Source of the DNA: Malacoraja senta
Lineage: Eukaryota
Direction: 5' to 3'
DNA: 64,000 bases
Assembly: GCA_038087875.1 (NCBI GenBank)
Contig: CM075977.1
Location: 123,566,001 to 123,630,000 of the forward strand
How positions within the stretch are numbered: position 1 is the first letter of the stretch; each line of letters begins with the position of its first letter. Below the pieces are notes generated by a model, which worked only from the letters and a program-made list of their open reading frames with translations, made no database searches and had not been told where the DNA came from. The translations under genes were made by a program, and so were the position numbers. This document shows, in pieces, positions 51,005 to 64,000 of the stretch.

Positions 51005-51440
51005 AATTCAGCGGTGGCCCTCCTTACTTTGGGACAGAAGGTTGTGTGATCCACTCCAATGACCTGAGCACATTATCCAGGTAGACTATTCATTGCAGTT
51101 CTGACAGAACACTGTCTTTTTGGAGATTATAACTTTCAAATGTGACCTTTAGTTAATCAAGGTCACTTCTGCCCTCGTAGTTCCATGTGCAGGATCATGA
51201 AGCCGTGTTTGAAGTGTGGCAGCGGGAGCTATCCTAGTGCTCTGCTCAATTTTTAATTCCCCCATCAAATCTAGATAAGATAGTCACCTGAAGTTTATTG
51301 CTGTTTGTACAGCCTTCCTGTACACAAATTGGTATTTCCCTACGACATTCGTCACATCATAATTAAAGATTATTTACTGACAAGGATGCATGTTTGGATA
51401 TCCCAAGGTTGAGAAAGATGCAATTGAAATGCAAGTTCGT
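51005..51440 (+). mobile_element. Ancient SacSINE1/DeuSINE-like element
   Basis: CAGAAGGTTGTG, TGAGCACATTATCCAGG, ATTGCTGTTTGT..CACAAATTGG, GAAAGATGCAATTGAAATGCAAGTT landmarks. Confidence 0.65.
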
Positions 51441-54400
51441 CCTTTCTTAGGGCATCTATATATTGTGCCAAATGATCTGCCACGTACTGTGGTGTTTTGT
51501 TCTTTCACCAGAATATCTACATGGGGTGATATTATGATCTGTCACTGGTGTAACTTCACATGTGCGTGATCTTAGTCAGAGTGCACATTGGGCTGATGCA
51601 TCTGTCCATTGTCGAATTGCAATCGTTCATTGGTGCAGTTACAACCCTGTTATGTTGTAATCTACATGACAGTATGCTGTCATGGGTCACTGCAACCACA
51701 CTTACACAATGTGGTGTTATGATCTATCGTAGATGCACCTACACAATATATTGTTCTGCTGTATCGCCAGCGCACTTTCACAATGTGTTGCAGCAATTTA
51801 TCAGACCCATACTTGAACAATATAACGTTAAGATCTAACACCCTATGCATCGACATATTGGGAAAATACGATATGCCCACTGCAATGGAACAGTACAGAA
51901 GAGTCCCGTATATAAATCTATAAATGCTCTATCTCCACAGGGTTACATGTTTTCTTTTGTTGCTGAAGACTGTGACTAGCTTAACCCATAAGCATATGGT
52001 AGGCTGAAATGGTTCTGACTTCCAGCTGCCATCACCTCCACTGCACTAAGTCCAGCTACTCGCACAGCACCAGAACAAGTACTTCAAGCACTCCAGCTTA
52101 TTAATCCTCTGAGGGCTCAAGGACTTTTCAAGCCTCTGTGAAGAAAATGTGGTTTGTATCGTCTGTCTGTTAATAAAAGAATGTGATAAAGACAAAGCAC
52201 AGAGCACACAAAAGGTGAGTAGTTTTGGATTGAAAAGGAACATTTGGAGCTTTGGCCTTTACTAGATGTGGGGCAAAGAAAACCCCCACAAAAAAAATAA
52301 AATCCCATTGCTCTTCTGACCCAGTTAGAGATCTTCATGGATATTAAGCAACCGCTTATATGAATAAAATCTCCAGCTGCTACCATTTATGAACTGGAGT
52401 GGACAAAGGGGGAAACTAAAGGCTAAAGGGGTAGGTTATTCAAATAGACTTTGCTGATGGCAAGTCAACGGCTAAGTCCCCGGTAACCAGCTCAGTCTTT
52501 CCTGCTTTTCCCATGGTATTTTCCGCCCTAAAAAAGCAAACTAATTCCTTCTTTCATTGTTTCTCAGGCCTCGTCAGCACATGATTGAACAGGGAGGGGG
52601 CTGCCTAATACCCGAGGTAAACCTGAGAATGTGTTGACATCTTAGGAAAACAAGAGCTAGCTTTTCTCTGAAGTCTGATCCACTTTTCCCACCCCCCTCT
52701 ACATACACATAAACTGGCCTCCTTCCCTCACAATCTCTTCAAAACTGCTGATGAGGCGGCCTTGGGACAGTTTGAGGTCCTGCTTAAGATCCATTCATCT
52801 CATTAGTTTTAAGCCGATTAATAAGAATGGCCAGTTTGCCCCCTGGATATTTAAGTGAAGAAGTTAGCTGAAAGATCTTAACAGAAGGGTTTTGTACTCA
52901 GGACAATGATAAGGTGCCTTTCTAAATCCTTCATCGCTCTCCTTAGGATTGTAAATTTGCAACCAAATGAATTGGATTGGTCAAATTGTGTTCTTTGTGC
53001 AATCGATTTAATTTGTCATACATACTGAAAGAGGGAGAAAAAAATCTTTGATTGTTGATTGCAATAGAAACGCTGTTCACGTTTGTCGAACCCCACTTCT
53101 GAAATCTGGTTCCACTTCTATGTAAACTGGTTCTACTAAAGTCAGAGTTCAACCTGCATATGTTACTTCCTAATGCATTTAGCATATACAACAGATAACT
53201 AATTCTTCCTCCAGAATATGTTTGTATCGTATCGTTCAACTTTGAATAGTAATTGTACACAATACAGAAACGTCCGTAGACGCATAAACAGATGGCCTGC
53301 TAATATTTTCCTCCTACGAATCATGAGATTTTTTCTTTAAACTAGGGGAGGTTAGACTAAAATGATTCAAGGATTAAAAGCCGAAAGATACGAGGTCTTT
53401 GGGGCCACTGGAGATGCACACTCCTGAGAAATGCCAGGCACAAGACTAGATAGAGGTGTGAAAATGGGTGCCTAACCACAACATCTAGAATAATTAATAT
53501 TGCAACGTAAAGCTATTGGATACTGAGAACCTGCAATATGACTGCCGTCATAGGCACAGTAAGGGTCACAGATATCTGCAATGTCTCTCTGTTTTAGAAA
53601 TGATCATGCAAATTTCAATACAAAAAAATCCCTATTTCATCAGTACAAAAAATCGCATTTATATACCTGGATATGAAGCTCCATTAATAAAGTAATGCTA
53701 CACTAAAACCTGTAATTTTATAATATAGTACAATACCACAGCAATAACGACTCTTTTCAAAGTACGTAAACAATGCAAGAACATTTAATACGTCTCACAA
53801 GGTGCAGATTTAAAAATTAAAAACTGGAATACATTCAGGGTGCTGTGTATAAATTTAAAATGGCCGCGGCAATTTCTAATTTGCACTATAGGGAGATAGA
53901 GATTTTTTCATTGTCTTCCTCGCTGTCATAGGGTATTGTGGTGCAGGAAGGGAGGAGGGTTTAATTCATCTGCAATAAATGAACATCCAAAGATTTGCAA
54001 TCATCCACCTTTTTCATAATGGAAGAAGCTCAGTGTAACTGCAGCACCTCTGGCACCTTTGCATTCTTTAAGACATTTACATGCACAGGCCCCTAATGGT
54101 TGTGCATTGGATTTTCAATTAACAGCTCGGGTTTACTAAAAAATAACCCATTTTTCTTAAAATACATTGGATCTTTAACAAACAGAACCCAATCGTCAAA
54201 TGGCTGCCTAATATTCACACGGTAAATTGCATATCAATCCCCTCTCCTGCGCCCACCATCTAAAACCCTCGCCGATTGTTGCCGCATCTCTGAAATAAGT
54301 CGAGCAGAATACATTACTTCTCTTCATTCCCTAAGATTTTTCTTCTGTGAGCCGAGTATCTGTCACCGTTTCTGTTATAGAGGTGGATAGGTAGTGAACC

Positions 54401-57400
54401 CTACGTCTTATTTTAACGTACCCCACCAAACATGTTCTACCCCATCTGATTCCAATGTTTCTAACCCAAGATCAACAAATTAGCTGCAAACTGGAGACCG
54501 AGCCCAAGATTCTACCACGCTGTGCAGCTATCCAGTAAACGCACTGGGGAATTTACACTGCCAAAGCTTTCACAGCTGAATAACTACAACGGTGCTGAAT
54601 TATTTTCAGGAAATATTAAGCTATCTCCTGCTAAAAAAAAAATCAAGATGTGCACCAGCTACTGATGCCTGCTTGAGACTTTTCAAACTCAGAGGGTAAA
54701 GCTTATATTTCAAACCATGATTGGCGCAAATCCCTCTGCAGCCTTCACACTCTTCCGCTTGTTGCGATTCAGCTGTAATTCACATCAAATACAAATCTGC
54801 AGCTGCAGCATAAGTGAGGCATTAGGTCTTACGAAGTAAAATATCCAAGATCAATCAGAATTAGATGTGACCTATTTATTTCAAACATATGAACTCTAAA
54901 TCATGTTAGCTCATGTTGCAACAGATGTGTCACAGATATGATCAAACTAAACCTGATCACCCTTAGGTACAATTGGCAATTCTATTGCTAGTTCAATATT
55001 TGCAAATACATAAATTAAAGAGCCAACTGACACCGTGGATTCACATACATTGGTCAACATATTCCTTTCAATTAACAAAATTTAAATTCTCTCACTTATA
55101 GAGAAAACAACAGGAAAAACTCAGTTCCTTAAGGCAAAATATCCAGTGCAACCGAATAAAATTGAAAGATGGGATGAATCGGGAAACTGGGATTATGCAA
55201 CGACAAGTTTAGGTTTTAAGTACACGATGGAAGAAAGGATTAGTGAGTCCAAAAAACATGCAGTTTCAAAATCCATAACTGAAATAGGTTTGTGTAAGGT
55301 GCTATGCAATTGATTTTTAATTCTGAGGAAGTAGGCGAGAGAAAATACATGCAGGACATTTTCTGTAGGAGTAAAAAAAATGAAAAGAAAGCTTTGTAGG
55401 AATAAACTACGACATTTTACAGGAGTTACGATTGCTGCAAAAGTTGGCAATGAAGACAAATTATAGCTTTTATTATGATCATAGCAAAACTTACAAATTT
55501 TACTAGTACCACTTTCTAGAGGCAGAGTTTGTTTGCACAGGAAACAAATCGCATCAAGTAAAAAAAACACAGCAAGCAAGCTAAGCAAGGCAAGTTTAAA
55601 GACGCTTGAATAAATATTTTAAAACAAAGTAATTACTGCATAGCAAACAATCAAAAGATTAGTCAACAGACCAGGATAAATTCAGTATTGAACAGCCACA
55701 TGTCAACATTATTTTGAACAACCGAGGTTAACACCTCGGCAATAAGGAATTCTACATAGTTACAGTACCACTAAATATATTTGCTCTGAATCAAATATAT
55801 TGAGCAAAAGATGAAGCGGATTTGTTTCTAATCCTGTAACAAAAGCAGCATCATGCTTCCATGTATTCATGATGTTGGAAATATCAATAGCTATTCCTTC
55901 AGTTTTCATTTAAATGAACAAAACATTTATTTATTAAAATAGAGATGCCAAAAGGAAAGAGCATGGCCCGCTGCATAAACCACAGCACACAATCACTCTG
56001 TACTTGTCATCCTGCTGTGTAAAGCTGCCATCTCCTATGGACTTCTAGAGGGTTCGTCTTGACATTACAATAAACATAGGATAACACGGTCAATTTTTTT
56101 GGTGCACCCAAATTACATTTACAATTTGCAGGAAATTGTCTTTGCAGCTATTAAATAAATGCTCATTAGCAAGCTTAGTCAAAGCTGAAAGGTAAGGAAA
56201 TAGCTTTTAAATCACTTGCCACTTGCTTGTTCACATCCCCTTGAATTGTTATCCAATAGATTTGTTTAGTAATTGTGACTAACCAGCTCCAATCCAACAA
56301 GGCCCTTGTATTCTGTTGCGTCTTTTCAATTGCAGTATCTGTTCAGCTAGCTCTCAAGTACAAACTCTCATGAGATCGATCATACACAGCTTCAATAGAA
56401 CAATTAACTGAAACAAATCATACTTTGAAGCCTACCAAATTGGAATGCCATGCAAAAACTTCCATAGTATAGGACGTTATTAAATTGGTAGCAAGCCTCA
56501 GTACTCCATCGAATCAGCAGCAGAATTGGCCGTAGAACATGACATCCTGATTGAACACTTTATTTATATTTAAATCTCCTCGCCAGACCACGGCAAATGT
56601 CATGCAAAATAATGTTACTACACCCCACTTCAATTTAAAGGAAATGCACCAATAATACAATTCACCTTTCTACAGAAAATGAGTAAAAGGTACGTCAGAA
56701 AAGTATTCCATACAGGTTCCCATTTATGCCAATGAAAACTAACTGATGATACTTTAAATTTAGCCAAACCTTTCTAACCAGGCTGAACATAGCAAATAAC
56801 CAGGCTTACATGTTTAGAACCCCACTAATAAAACAAAAAAGGGGAAATGTTAAGCAAGACATTTAGCTCCCCATTTATAAATCCCGACTCTCCACGAGGA
56901 TGGAGCTTTTCACTTAACTTTGCGAAAGGTTCAATAATTCTGTACAGGTTTGTGGGTTTTACTTTCCTTCAAATCAAGTATTTACAAATTCCAATGCGTT
57001 GCCTTTTTTAATTCCCACTCTCACTGCCTTGCCTTGTATTATTTTTCTGCCGATTCTCAGCTTTTAACACACACAGGCTCTGGTGTCAGTTATAGAGCAC
57101 AGGCCCAACGAAAAACAGCAGCAGCTTTTAATTTGGCGATTCCACCGCAGTCAATGCTCCGAGACACAGTCAATATTTACCAGACTTTGATGGTACCATT
57201 TTATAGCTCCCTCCAAGTGGAACAACAGCAGGGAGCCAAGTCGGGGGCCTGGGCTTCAAGAAATATCATGGTTAACGGTATTAAACCACAAAAGTACAAA
57301 ATGTAAAAGAAAATACTATCTCAGACAACAACATTCTGAAATACCGTTGCGCTCCTCCCATCATCTCCTAGAGTAGAAATTCAATCTCTACAAACAAAAG

Positions 57401-59369
57401 AGCACCGGGAAAAGATACCAGTGTTGAAATACATTTGCTGGCATGTCAGAAACTGGTCATGTATGTGATCCTTACACTATAAAACTAAAGCAATTTCTCT
57501 GCTTTCTCCGATAAATCTGGAGCATTTTATCAGGTATAATAACAAATTAAGATTTTAAATCACATTGGTTATAGGGAGGTAAATCTACCATAAAAAGACC
57601 AACTTTTCTGATGAGTTCTATACTCCTACAACAGTTGAAACCTAGTGGGATACTTAGAAAGAGAAAAAGTTGTTACATTAATATAATATTGATAAAAATA
57701 GTTCTAAAATATTGAAAAAATACAAAATGAGAACACTATCACGGATCAAAAGGCAAAGGATTATTGCCTTGAACTTCAGACTATTGGCCCTGTTTGTGCA
57801 GAACATCATGCCTGAAAGTCCAGAGTGGAACACAACTGCAACTATTTCCTTACAAATAACATCATTCTGTAAATGTAATTAATTATTTCTAGTAGCAATT
57901 CACCCTCATACCAATGACCCAAATTCCACATCAATGACCCATGGGATGAAGTTATTCACCCTGGAGGGAAACCCAGGAAATTAGGTCAAATTGATCAAAG
58001 GTGCATCTTTCCTGGAACATTGCTACTTCGTTAGGGATCATTCTGGTGAGGGACCGAGGCCGATTTGAAGAATCTAACCCGAGCAGGTTTTGTTCATTTT
58101 CTTTAACTTACGTGGGTCCTTTACTAGTCTCCTTACTAACTCCCACATATCAACGCTACCACCAAGACCATGATTTCTGCCCATTGTCGCCCAACTGAAA
58201 ACTCCAATATCTAGGTTAATTTAAATTGTTTCAAGAGCACTGTGCATATATCAAGCAAAGGGGATTTAATGCAGCAAAATTGTTCTCTTTAATATATCGA
58301 TTTCAGGTGCCTGTAAATATTTCAAATCCAAGGAGAGCCAAATAATCTAATTTATCTATAAAGTGTGAAGTATTGTCTGTGGTAACAAATGCCTTACCAC
58401 CAGTTTCAGCGACTAGATGCTGCTGCCAGTAAGTGACTGTCAATTAAAGGCACAAGTTTACTTTGTGTGGGGTAAAACTTGTCTCATAAAGACAAATCCA
58501 CCTCACTTTCACATACATGAATGAATGTTTTGCTTTGTTTGCAATGCTCTCAAACTGCTTTTTGACAGCTTCAATAAATATGAACTGGCATGACATGTAT
58601 GGGAATTCTGTGCCCACATTACATGCAAAGACTGGTAATTTGAATTCCCTTTTCACATATTTCTTCCTCTCCTCTCGATTTTCTTTTCCTCTCTCATTTC
58701 TCCGAGAATGAAAAAAAGATACTATATTCTCACAGAATGATTGTTGCCCTTAGCCTACTTTAAAACTTTTACTATCTAATCTTGAACCAACAAAATACAG
58801 AATTAACTTATTCTCTAAATGTCTTTCTTGGATAAGTTTACGACCTTTTCAATTATGTCTGCACACACTACTAAGTCCTTTCCAAAAATATACCACAATA
58901 AACACATCGTTGAATATAATAAATGTTCACATCACATGGAGTTTTAACCGCCTTATGTTGACATTACAATTTTCAAGAATCATTCAATTTGCGATGCTTT
59001 TTCCACAATCTGGCAATAAAAAAGAAAATTTGGCAAAATATAAACTTGCAGATTCTACAATAAATTGCAACAAGATTGATAATGACAACAATAGCTGCTC
59101 ATTTAAAGTTGTCCACCACTACCTGCACTTTTACTATTCTAACAAGTCACATCTTTGACTATCTCATTTCATTATGTAGCCATAAACAAACACAATTGGT
59201 CAATTGTTAAACACCAGCATTTTAAAAGCAATATTCTTCCAAGAAAATGTGTAATTAGTATGATAAATATATTACCAACACATAACTTACCAGTGTAAAC
59301 TAATGAAAGAACAGTTGCTTTCTCAGGTTTTATTGTTGAAACGGAATAATTCAAGCTTTGTTTATTAAG

Positions 59370-59848
59370 TTTAGTGTAGATTATTGTCACCTGTACCGAG
59401 GTACAGTGAAAAGTTTTTGTTGTGTGGTAACGAGTCAGCAGAAAGACAATACATGATTACAATTGAGCCATTTACTGTGTACAGATACATGATACCGAGA
59501 ATAATGTGAACGCTTAGTGCAAGATAAAGTCCAGAAAAGTCCGATCAAAGATAGTCCGAGGATCGCCAATGAGGTAGATAGAAGCTCTGGACTGCTCTCT
59601 AGTTGTTGGGAGGGTGGTCCCATAACAGCCTGATAACAGCTGGGGAAAAACTGTCCACCCGAATCTGGAGGTGTGCATTTTCACACTGTTATACTTCTTG
59701 CCCGATGGGAGAGGGGAGTAGAGAGAGTGGCCGGGTGTGATTATGCTGGTGGCCTTGACGAGGCAGTGTGACGTGTAATTGGAGATTGGAGTCAATTGAA
59801 GTGAGGTTAGTTTGCGTGATGGTCTGGGCTGCATACACAATTCTCTGT
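59370..59848 (-). mobile_element. Rex1/Babar-type LINE 3' fragment
   Basis: ORF 59514-59840 KATSII...HSLYSPLPSGKKY; tail TTTTCACTGTACCTCGGTACAGGTGACAATAA on the minus strand. Confidence 0.78.
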
Positions 59849-60374
59849 AAATATTATTACCCGAGTTAGGATTTCACTCCAATTCCAAGTTACAGAATTA
59901 GTTTTTACACAGGAACAATACGAGTTACTCAAAATCTACAAGATAATGTCACAGTATGTGCGCACTCTGATTAACACCCTAGAAATGAGGAATAAATGAA
60001 AACATCTGCATGCGGAGCAGTAACCTCCCTTTCAGTCCTCACCCAACCATTCTCCTGCACTTAATCAGAAATTAGTTATCGGTTCAGAAAGGTATTAAAT
60101 TCAATCGCAAATGCAATGCAACAGCTAAACTGCTCACAAGCTATCAGGAGCTAATTCCAGCTTGTGCAAATGGGAGTCAGCTCTGCTTTATCCTGTTCTG
60201 TGAAGCTACATAAGACCCTCCATTTTGAAAATAGCCACGTACAGTTACCTCAGTCAGATCTGAACATGAGTGCACCTCATAGGTCATTCTGTGCAACTAC
60301 TCTATGTCTGCGATGCCAAAATGCAGTTGAAAACAAGGGCAGTAGCTCCATCCTTCTTTCACATAGATCATATA

Positions 60375-62008
60375 CAGTGCCCTCCAAAATGTTTGGGACA
60401 AAGACCCATAATTTATTTATTTGTCTCTGTACTCCACATTTGAGATTTGTAATAGAAAAAAATCAAGTGATTAAAGTGCACATCGTCAGGTTTTAATAAA
60501 GGCCATTTTTATACATTTTGGGTTCACCATGTAGAAATTACAGCTGTGTTATTACATAGTCCCCCCATTTCAGGGCACCATAATGTTTGGGACACACGGC
60601 TTCACAGGGTGTTTGTAATTGCCCAGGTGTGTTTAATTGCCTCCTTCATGCAGGTATAAGAGAGTTCTCAGCACCTAGTCTTTCCTCCAATCTTCCCATC
60701 ACCTTTGGAAACTTTTATTGCTGTTTATCAACATGAGGACCAAAGTTGTGCCAATGAAAGTCAAAGAAGCCATTATGAGACTGAGAGACAAGAACAAAAC
60801 TGTTAGAGACATCAGCCAAACCTTAGGCTTACCAAAATCAATTGTTTGGAATGTCATTAAGAAGAAAGAGAGCACTGGTGAGCTTACTAATCGCAAAGGG
60901 ACTGGCAGGCCAAGGAAGATCTCCACAGCTGATGACAGAAGAATTCTCTCTATAATAAAGAAAAATCCCCAAACACCTGTCCGACAGATTAGAAACATTC
61001 TTCAGGAGTCAGGTGCGGATTTGTCAATGACCACTGTCCGCAGAAGACTTCATGAACAGAAATACAGAGGCTACACTGCGAGATGCAAGCCACTGGTTAG
61101 CCGCAAAAATAGGATGGCCGGGTTACAGTTTGCCAAGAAGTACTTTAAAGAGCAACCACAGTTCTGGAAAAAGATCTTGTGGACATGAGACGAAGATTAA
61201 CATATATCAGAGTGATGGCGAGCAAAGTATGGAGGAGAGAAGGAACTGCCCAAGATCCAAAGGATACTACCTCATCTGTGAAACACGGTGGTGGGGGTGT
61301 TATGGCCTGGGCTGCTGAAGGACCTGGCTCACTTATCTTCATTGATGATATAACTGCTGATGGCAGTAGCATAATGAATTTTGAAGTGTATAGACACATC
61401 CAATCTGCTCAAGTTCAAACAAATGCCTCAAAACTCAATGGCCGGCAGTTTATTCTACAGCGACAATGATCCCAAACATACCTTTAAAGCAACAAAGGAG
61501 TTTTTCAAAGCTAAAAAATAATCAATTCTTGAGTGGCCAAGTCAATCACCCGATCTGAACCCAATTGAGCATGCCTTTTATATGCTGAAGAGAAAACTGA
61601 ATGGGACTAGCCCCCAAAACAAGCATAAGCTAAAGATGGCTGCAATACAGGCCTGGCAGAGAATCACCAGAGAAGACACCCAGCAACTGCTGATGTCCAT
61701 GAATCGCAGACCAAGCAGCCATTGCATGCAAAGGATATGCAACAAAATACTAAACATGACTACTTTCATTTACATGACATGACATTGCTGTGTCCCAAAC
61801 ATTATGGTGCCCTGAAAAGGGGGGACTATGTATAAGCAATGCTGTAATTTCTACATGGTGAAAGAAAAATGTATGCAAATTACCTTTATTAAAATATGAC
61901 AATGTGCACTTTAACCACATGTGATTTTTTTTTCTTTTACAAATCTCAAATTGTGGAGGCAAATAAATAAATGATGGGTTTTTGTCCCAAACATTTTGGA
62001 GGGCACTG
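60375..62008 (+). mobile_element. Tc1-family DNA transposon, IR/DR type, full length
   Basis: TA at 60373-60374 and 62009-62010; ends CAGTGCCCTCCAAAATGTTTGGGACAAA; ~220-bp inverted repeats, each with an inner AATGTTTGGGACA direct repeat. Confidence 0.96.
60733..61753 (+). pseudogene. Tc1 DD34E transposase, inactivated
   Basis: MRTK.. HTH region, GRPRK linker, FWKKILWT, VKHGGGGVMAW, DPKH, WPSQSPDLNPIEH, KGYATKY*; frameshifts at ~61186, ~61462 and ~61710 and an in-frame stop at ~61519. Confidence 0.92.
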
Positions 62009-64000
62009 TACATTAAAAAATATTATTTCCTGAAATAAAATTCTCAATTTTTCTGGAATAAAAAGACATTAAATATTTCACTTCAGTTTACACGAGCCAC
62101 CCGAGACTCCAATCCTTTGTCCTTTCCTTGTGCCATCATCAAGAAACCCTCCAGCCTCCCCCGGAACTAGACCTGCGGAGATGTAGAACTAAGCTGCTGT
62201 GCCTTTGCAAGCGGCAGCCTCTTTCACAAGGCACAGCACTCTTATTGTCCTCCGCTGGGTTATTGTGAGAAGGAACCTGGTTGCTTGGAAGGAGGAAGTG
62301 CGGTTTAAGGATTCCAATGACATATACTCAAAACTTTATGAAAGAGACAAACTGCTGTTTATATCACGACTTCAGTGAATTAATCATGTATAAACTCACC
62401 CCACTGAAAACAATGCATGACACTTTCAGACTGATTTCTTCCATTTTTCTTATACAGTGCTTTGAAATGTCTTATCTCAGAAGCAATAATTTTTTTTTGC
62501 ACACGTGCTCAACTTAACCAAGATTTGTGCAATTGTTTGTGCTCAATACAAAATGAACAAACTTGAAGTTTGGAAATTCGCATACATTGCCTGGGGTTTA
62601 AATTAGTTAGCAGGTAGTTTATCTCTGGGATCACCACTTCAACAACAGGCAAAGCTGGCATTGGTTACTCTGCACACTTCCTACCTACTTCACCAATGTG
62701 CAGAGGCCGTTCCTGTGTGAATTACGACTCTCAAGAACCATCCACAGTACTTTTTAACAAAACGTCACACACAGTAAATAAAGAGGAGTAAACAAACTCA
62801 AGGCTAGGAAAGGGAAGCAGGCAGGAAAGAGCTGCAGAACAAATCTCTGCATGTGGAAAAGACTGATGGATGAAGAACTTTTTTTCACAAATAAGCACTT
62901 CATCGCTGGTCTTCTCATCATAAACAAGTCATTGGTAGAACACATACTTTGTCATGTTTTTTCCCCCCAAATGACAAGTCTAACAAAAGTGACAGCCCTA
63001 TGTGTAATTAGTTTTCATTGTTCCCCTGACAGTCATTGCTCAGAGCAGACCCTTGTCTTTTCTGTAGTAAGTATTATGGAAAATTCTCCATTGACAAGTA
63101 TTTAATTACTACATAGCCCTAAAAGGCGTGCTGACAGGCCATCATGGGTGCCAAGGAAAGACGGACTGTCACAATGGATTCAGAAACGGGAAGACTGGAC
63201 AAGAAAGCTGTTTCCATTTTTCACAAAAGTCACATTCAATAAGAGCATTTTGTGTTTATGCAGTTACTATGAAGTACAAAATTCCTTGAATATAATTTCT
63301 GGAACAGCAGAGAAAAATGAGATTCGGTGGTGGCAAAAGGTAGGTTTTAAGGATACGGAAAGGCAAATAAATGTATGTACATTATTGGGGCCCAAGCAGT
63401 GGAAGGAACCACAATGAATGATGTAGTGGAGGGAGGGCAGATGTATAAGAAACCAAAATCACAAGAACAAGAGATCAAAGTGAGCGCAACATTGCTGGAG
63501 GAGGTTTCAGAGGTAGATAAGAATAATGTCACACCATCATTCACAAAACAACAGGTTGCTTTTAAATTTGGTTTGGACTATGGCAGTGCTGTGAAGAGGG
63601 TGTAATTATAACCGTAGTGATTCTAAAGGTAATTGCAAAAAATAAAAGCACAGATATTTAGGATGCATCAGCATCATACATAGCCTTTTGAAGAGGAAAG
63701 GGGATTTGGAGAAAGAACAACAGTACACAAACACAAATATCAAGAGGGTTTAAAAAAAAGTTTTAAAAAGAGCTACAGATCATACCAAAAATGTTGATAA
63801 GTAAGAAAGCAGTGCCTGTAAAAAAGCATCCACATGTCAGAGGAATCTTTCTTCTGTCAGTTTCCCTGCCACCTAATTAGAATGCAGGATTTATTTGAAT
63901 CATCAAGCAACTGGATACATTTGTGTCTGATAGTAAAAGTGGCATGGGACTATCAGAACCTACTGTGCAAGTAACTGGAGTATACAATGAACGGCTGTTA

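Noticed and set aside
51665-51684. 8-bp hairpin CATGACAG-TATG-CTGTCATG
   Set aside because: Short enough to be expected by chance in 64 kb.
63375-63605. 76-aa ORF with protein-like composition
   Set aside because: No recognisable motif or splice support.

Overview
Non-coding vertebrate DNA, most likely from a cartilaginous fish (skate/ray/shark), inferred from HE1-type V-SINEs, SacSINE1/DeuSINE-like copies, CR1, Rex-type and RTE LINE remnants. I cannot support any host protein-coding exon; almost all listed ORFs are chance ORFs or transposon fragments. Positions 1-35.6 kb are crowded with mobile DNA: a young 5'-truncated Neptune-type Penelope-like element (PLE; RT + Cys linker + GIY-YIG, 405-bp inverted pseudo-LTRs, 15-bp TSD) nested in an older PLE, about ten 90-250 bp mini-PLEs that carry a minimal hammerhead-ribozyme motif, a canonical non-autonomous Helitron, two PIF/Harbinger MITEs, a Tigger-like MITE, SINEs and LINE fragments. 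About 37.2-59.3 kb is AT-rich and nearly free of young insertions (candidate regulatory landscape). A full-length, inactivated IR/DR-type Tc1 element lies at 60.4-62.0 kb. The most interesting signal is the PLE/hammerhead system: five inverted insertions all pair one tail-bearing end with one tail-less end, and the short copies stop or invert at the ribozyme. Family names rest on my recall of consensus sequences, not on database searches.
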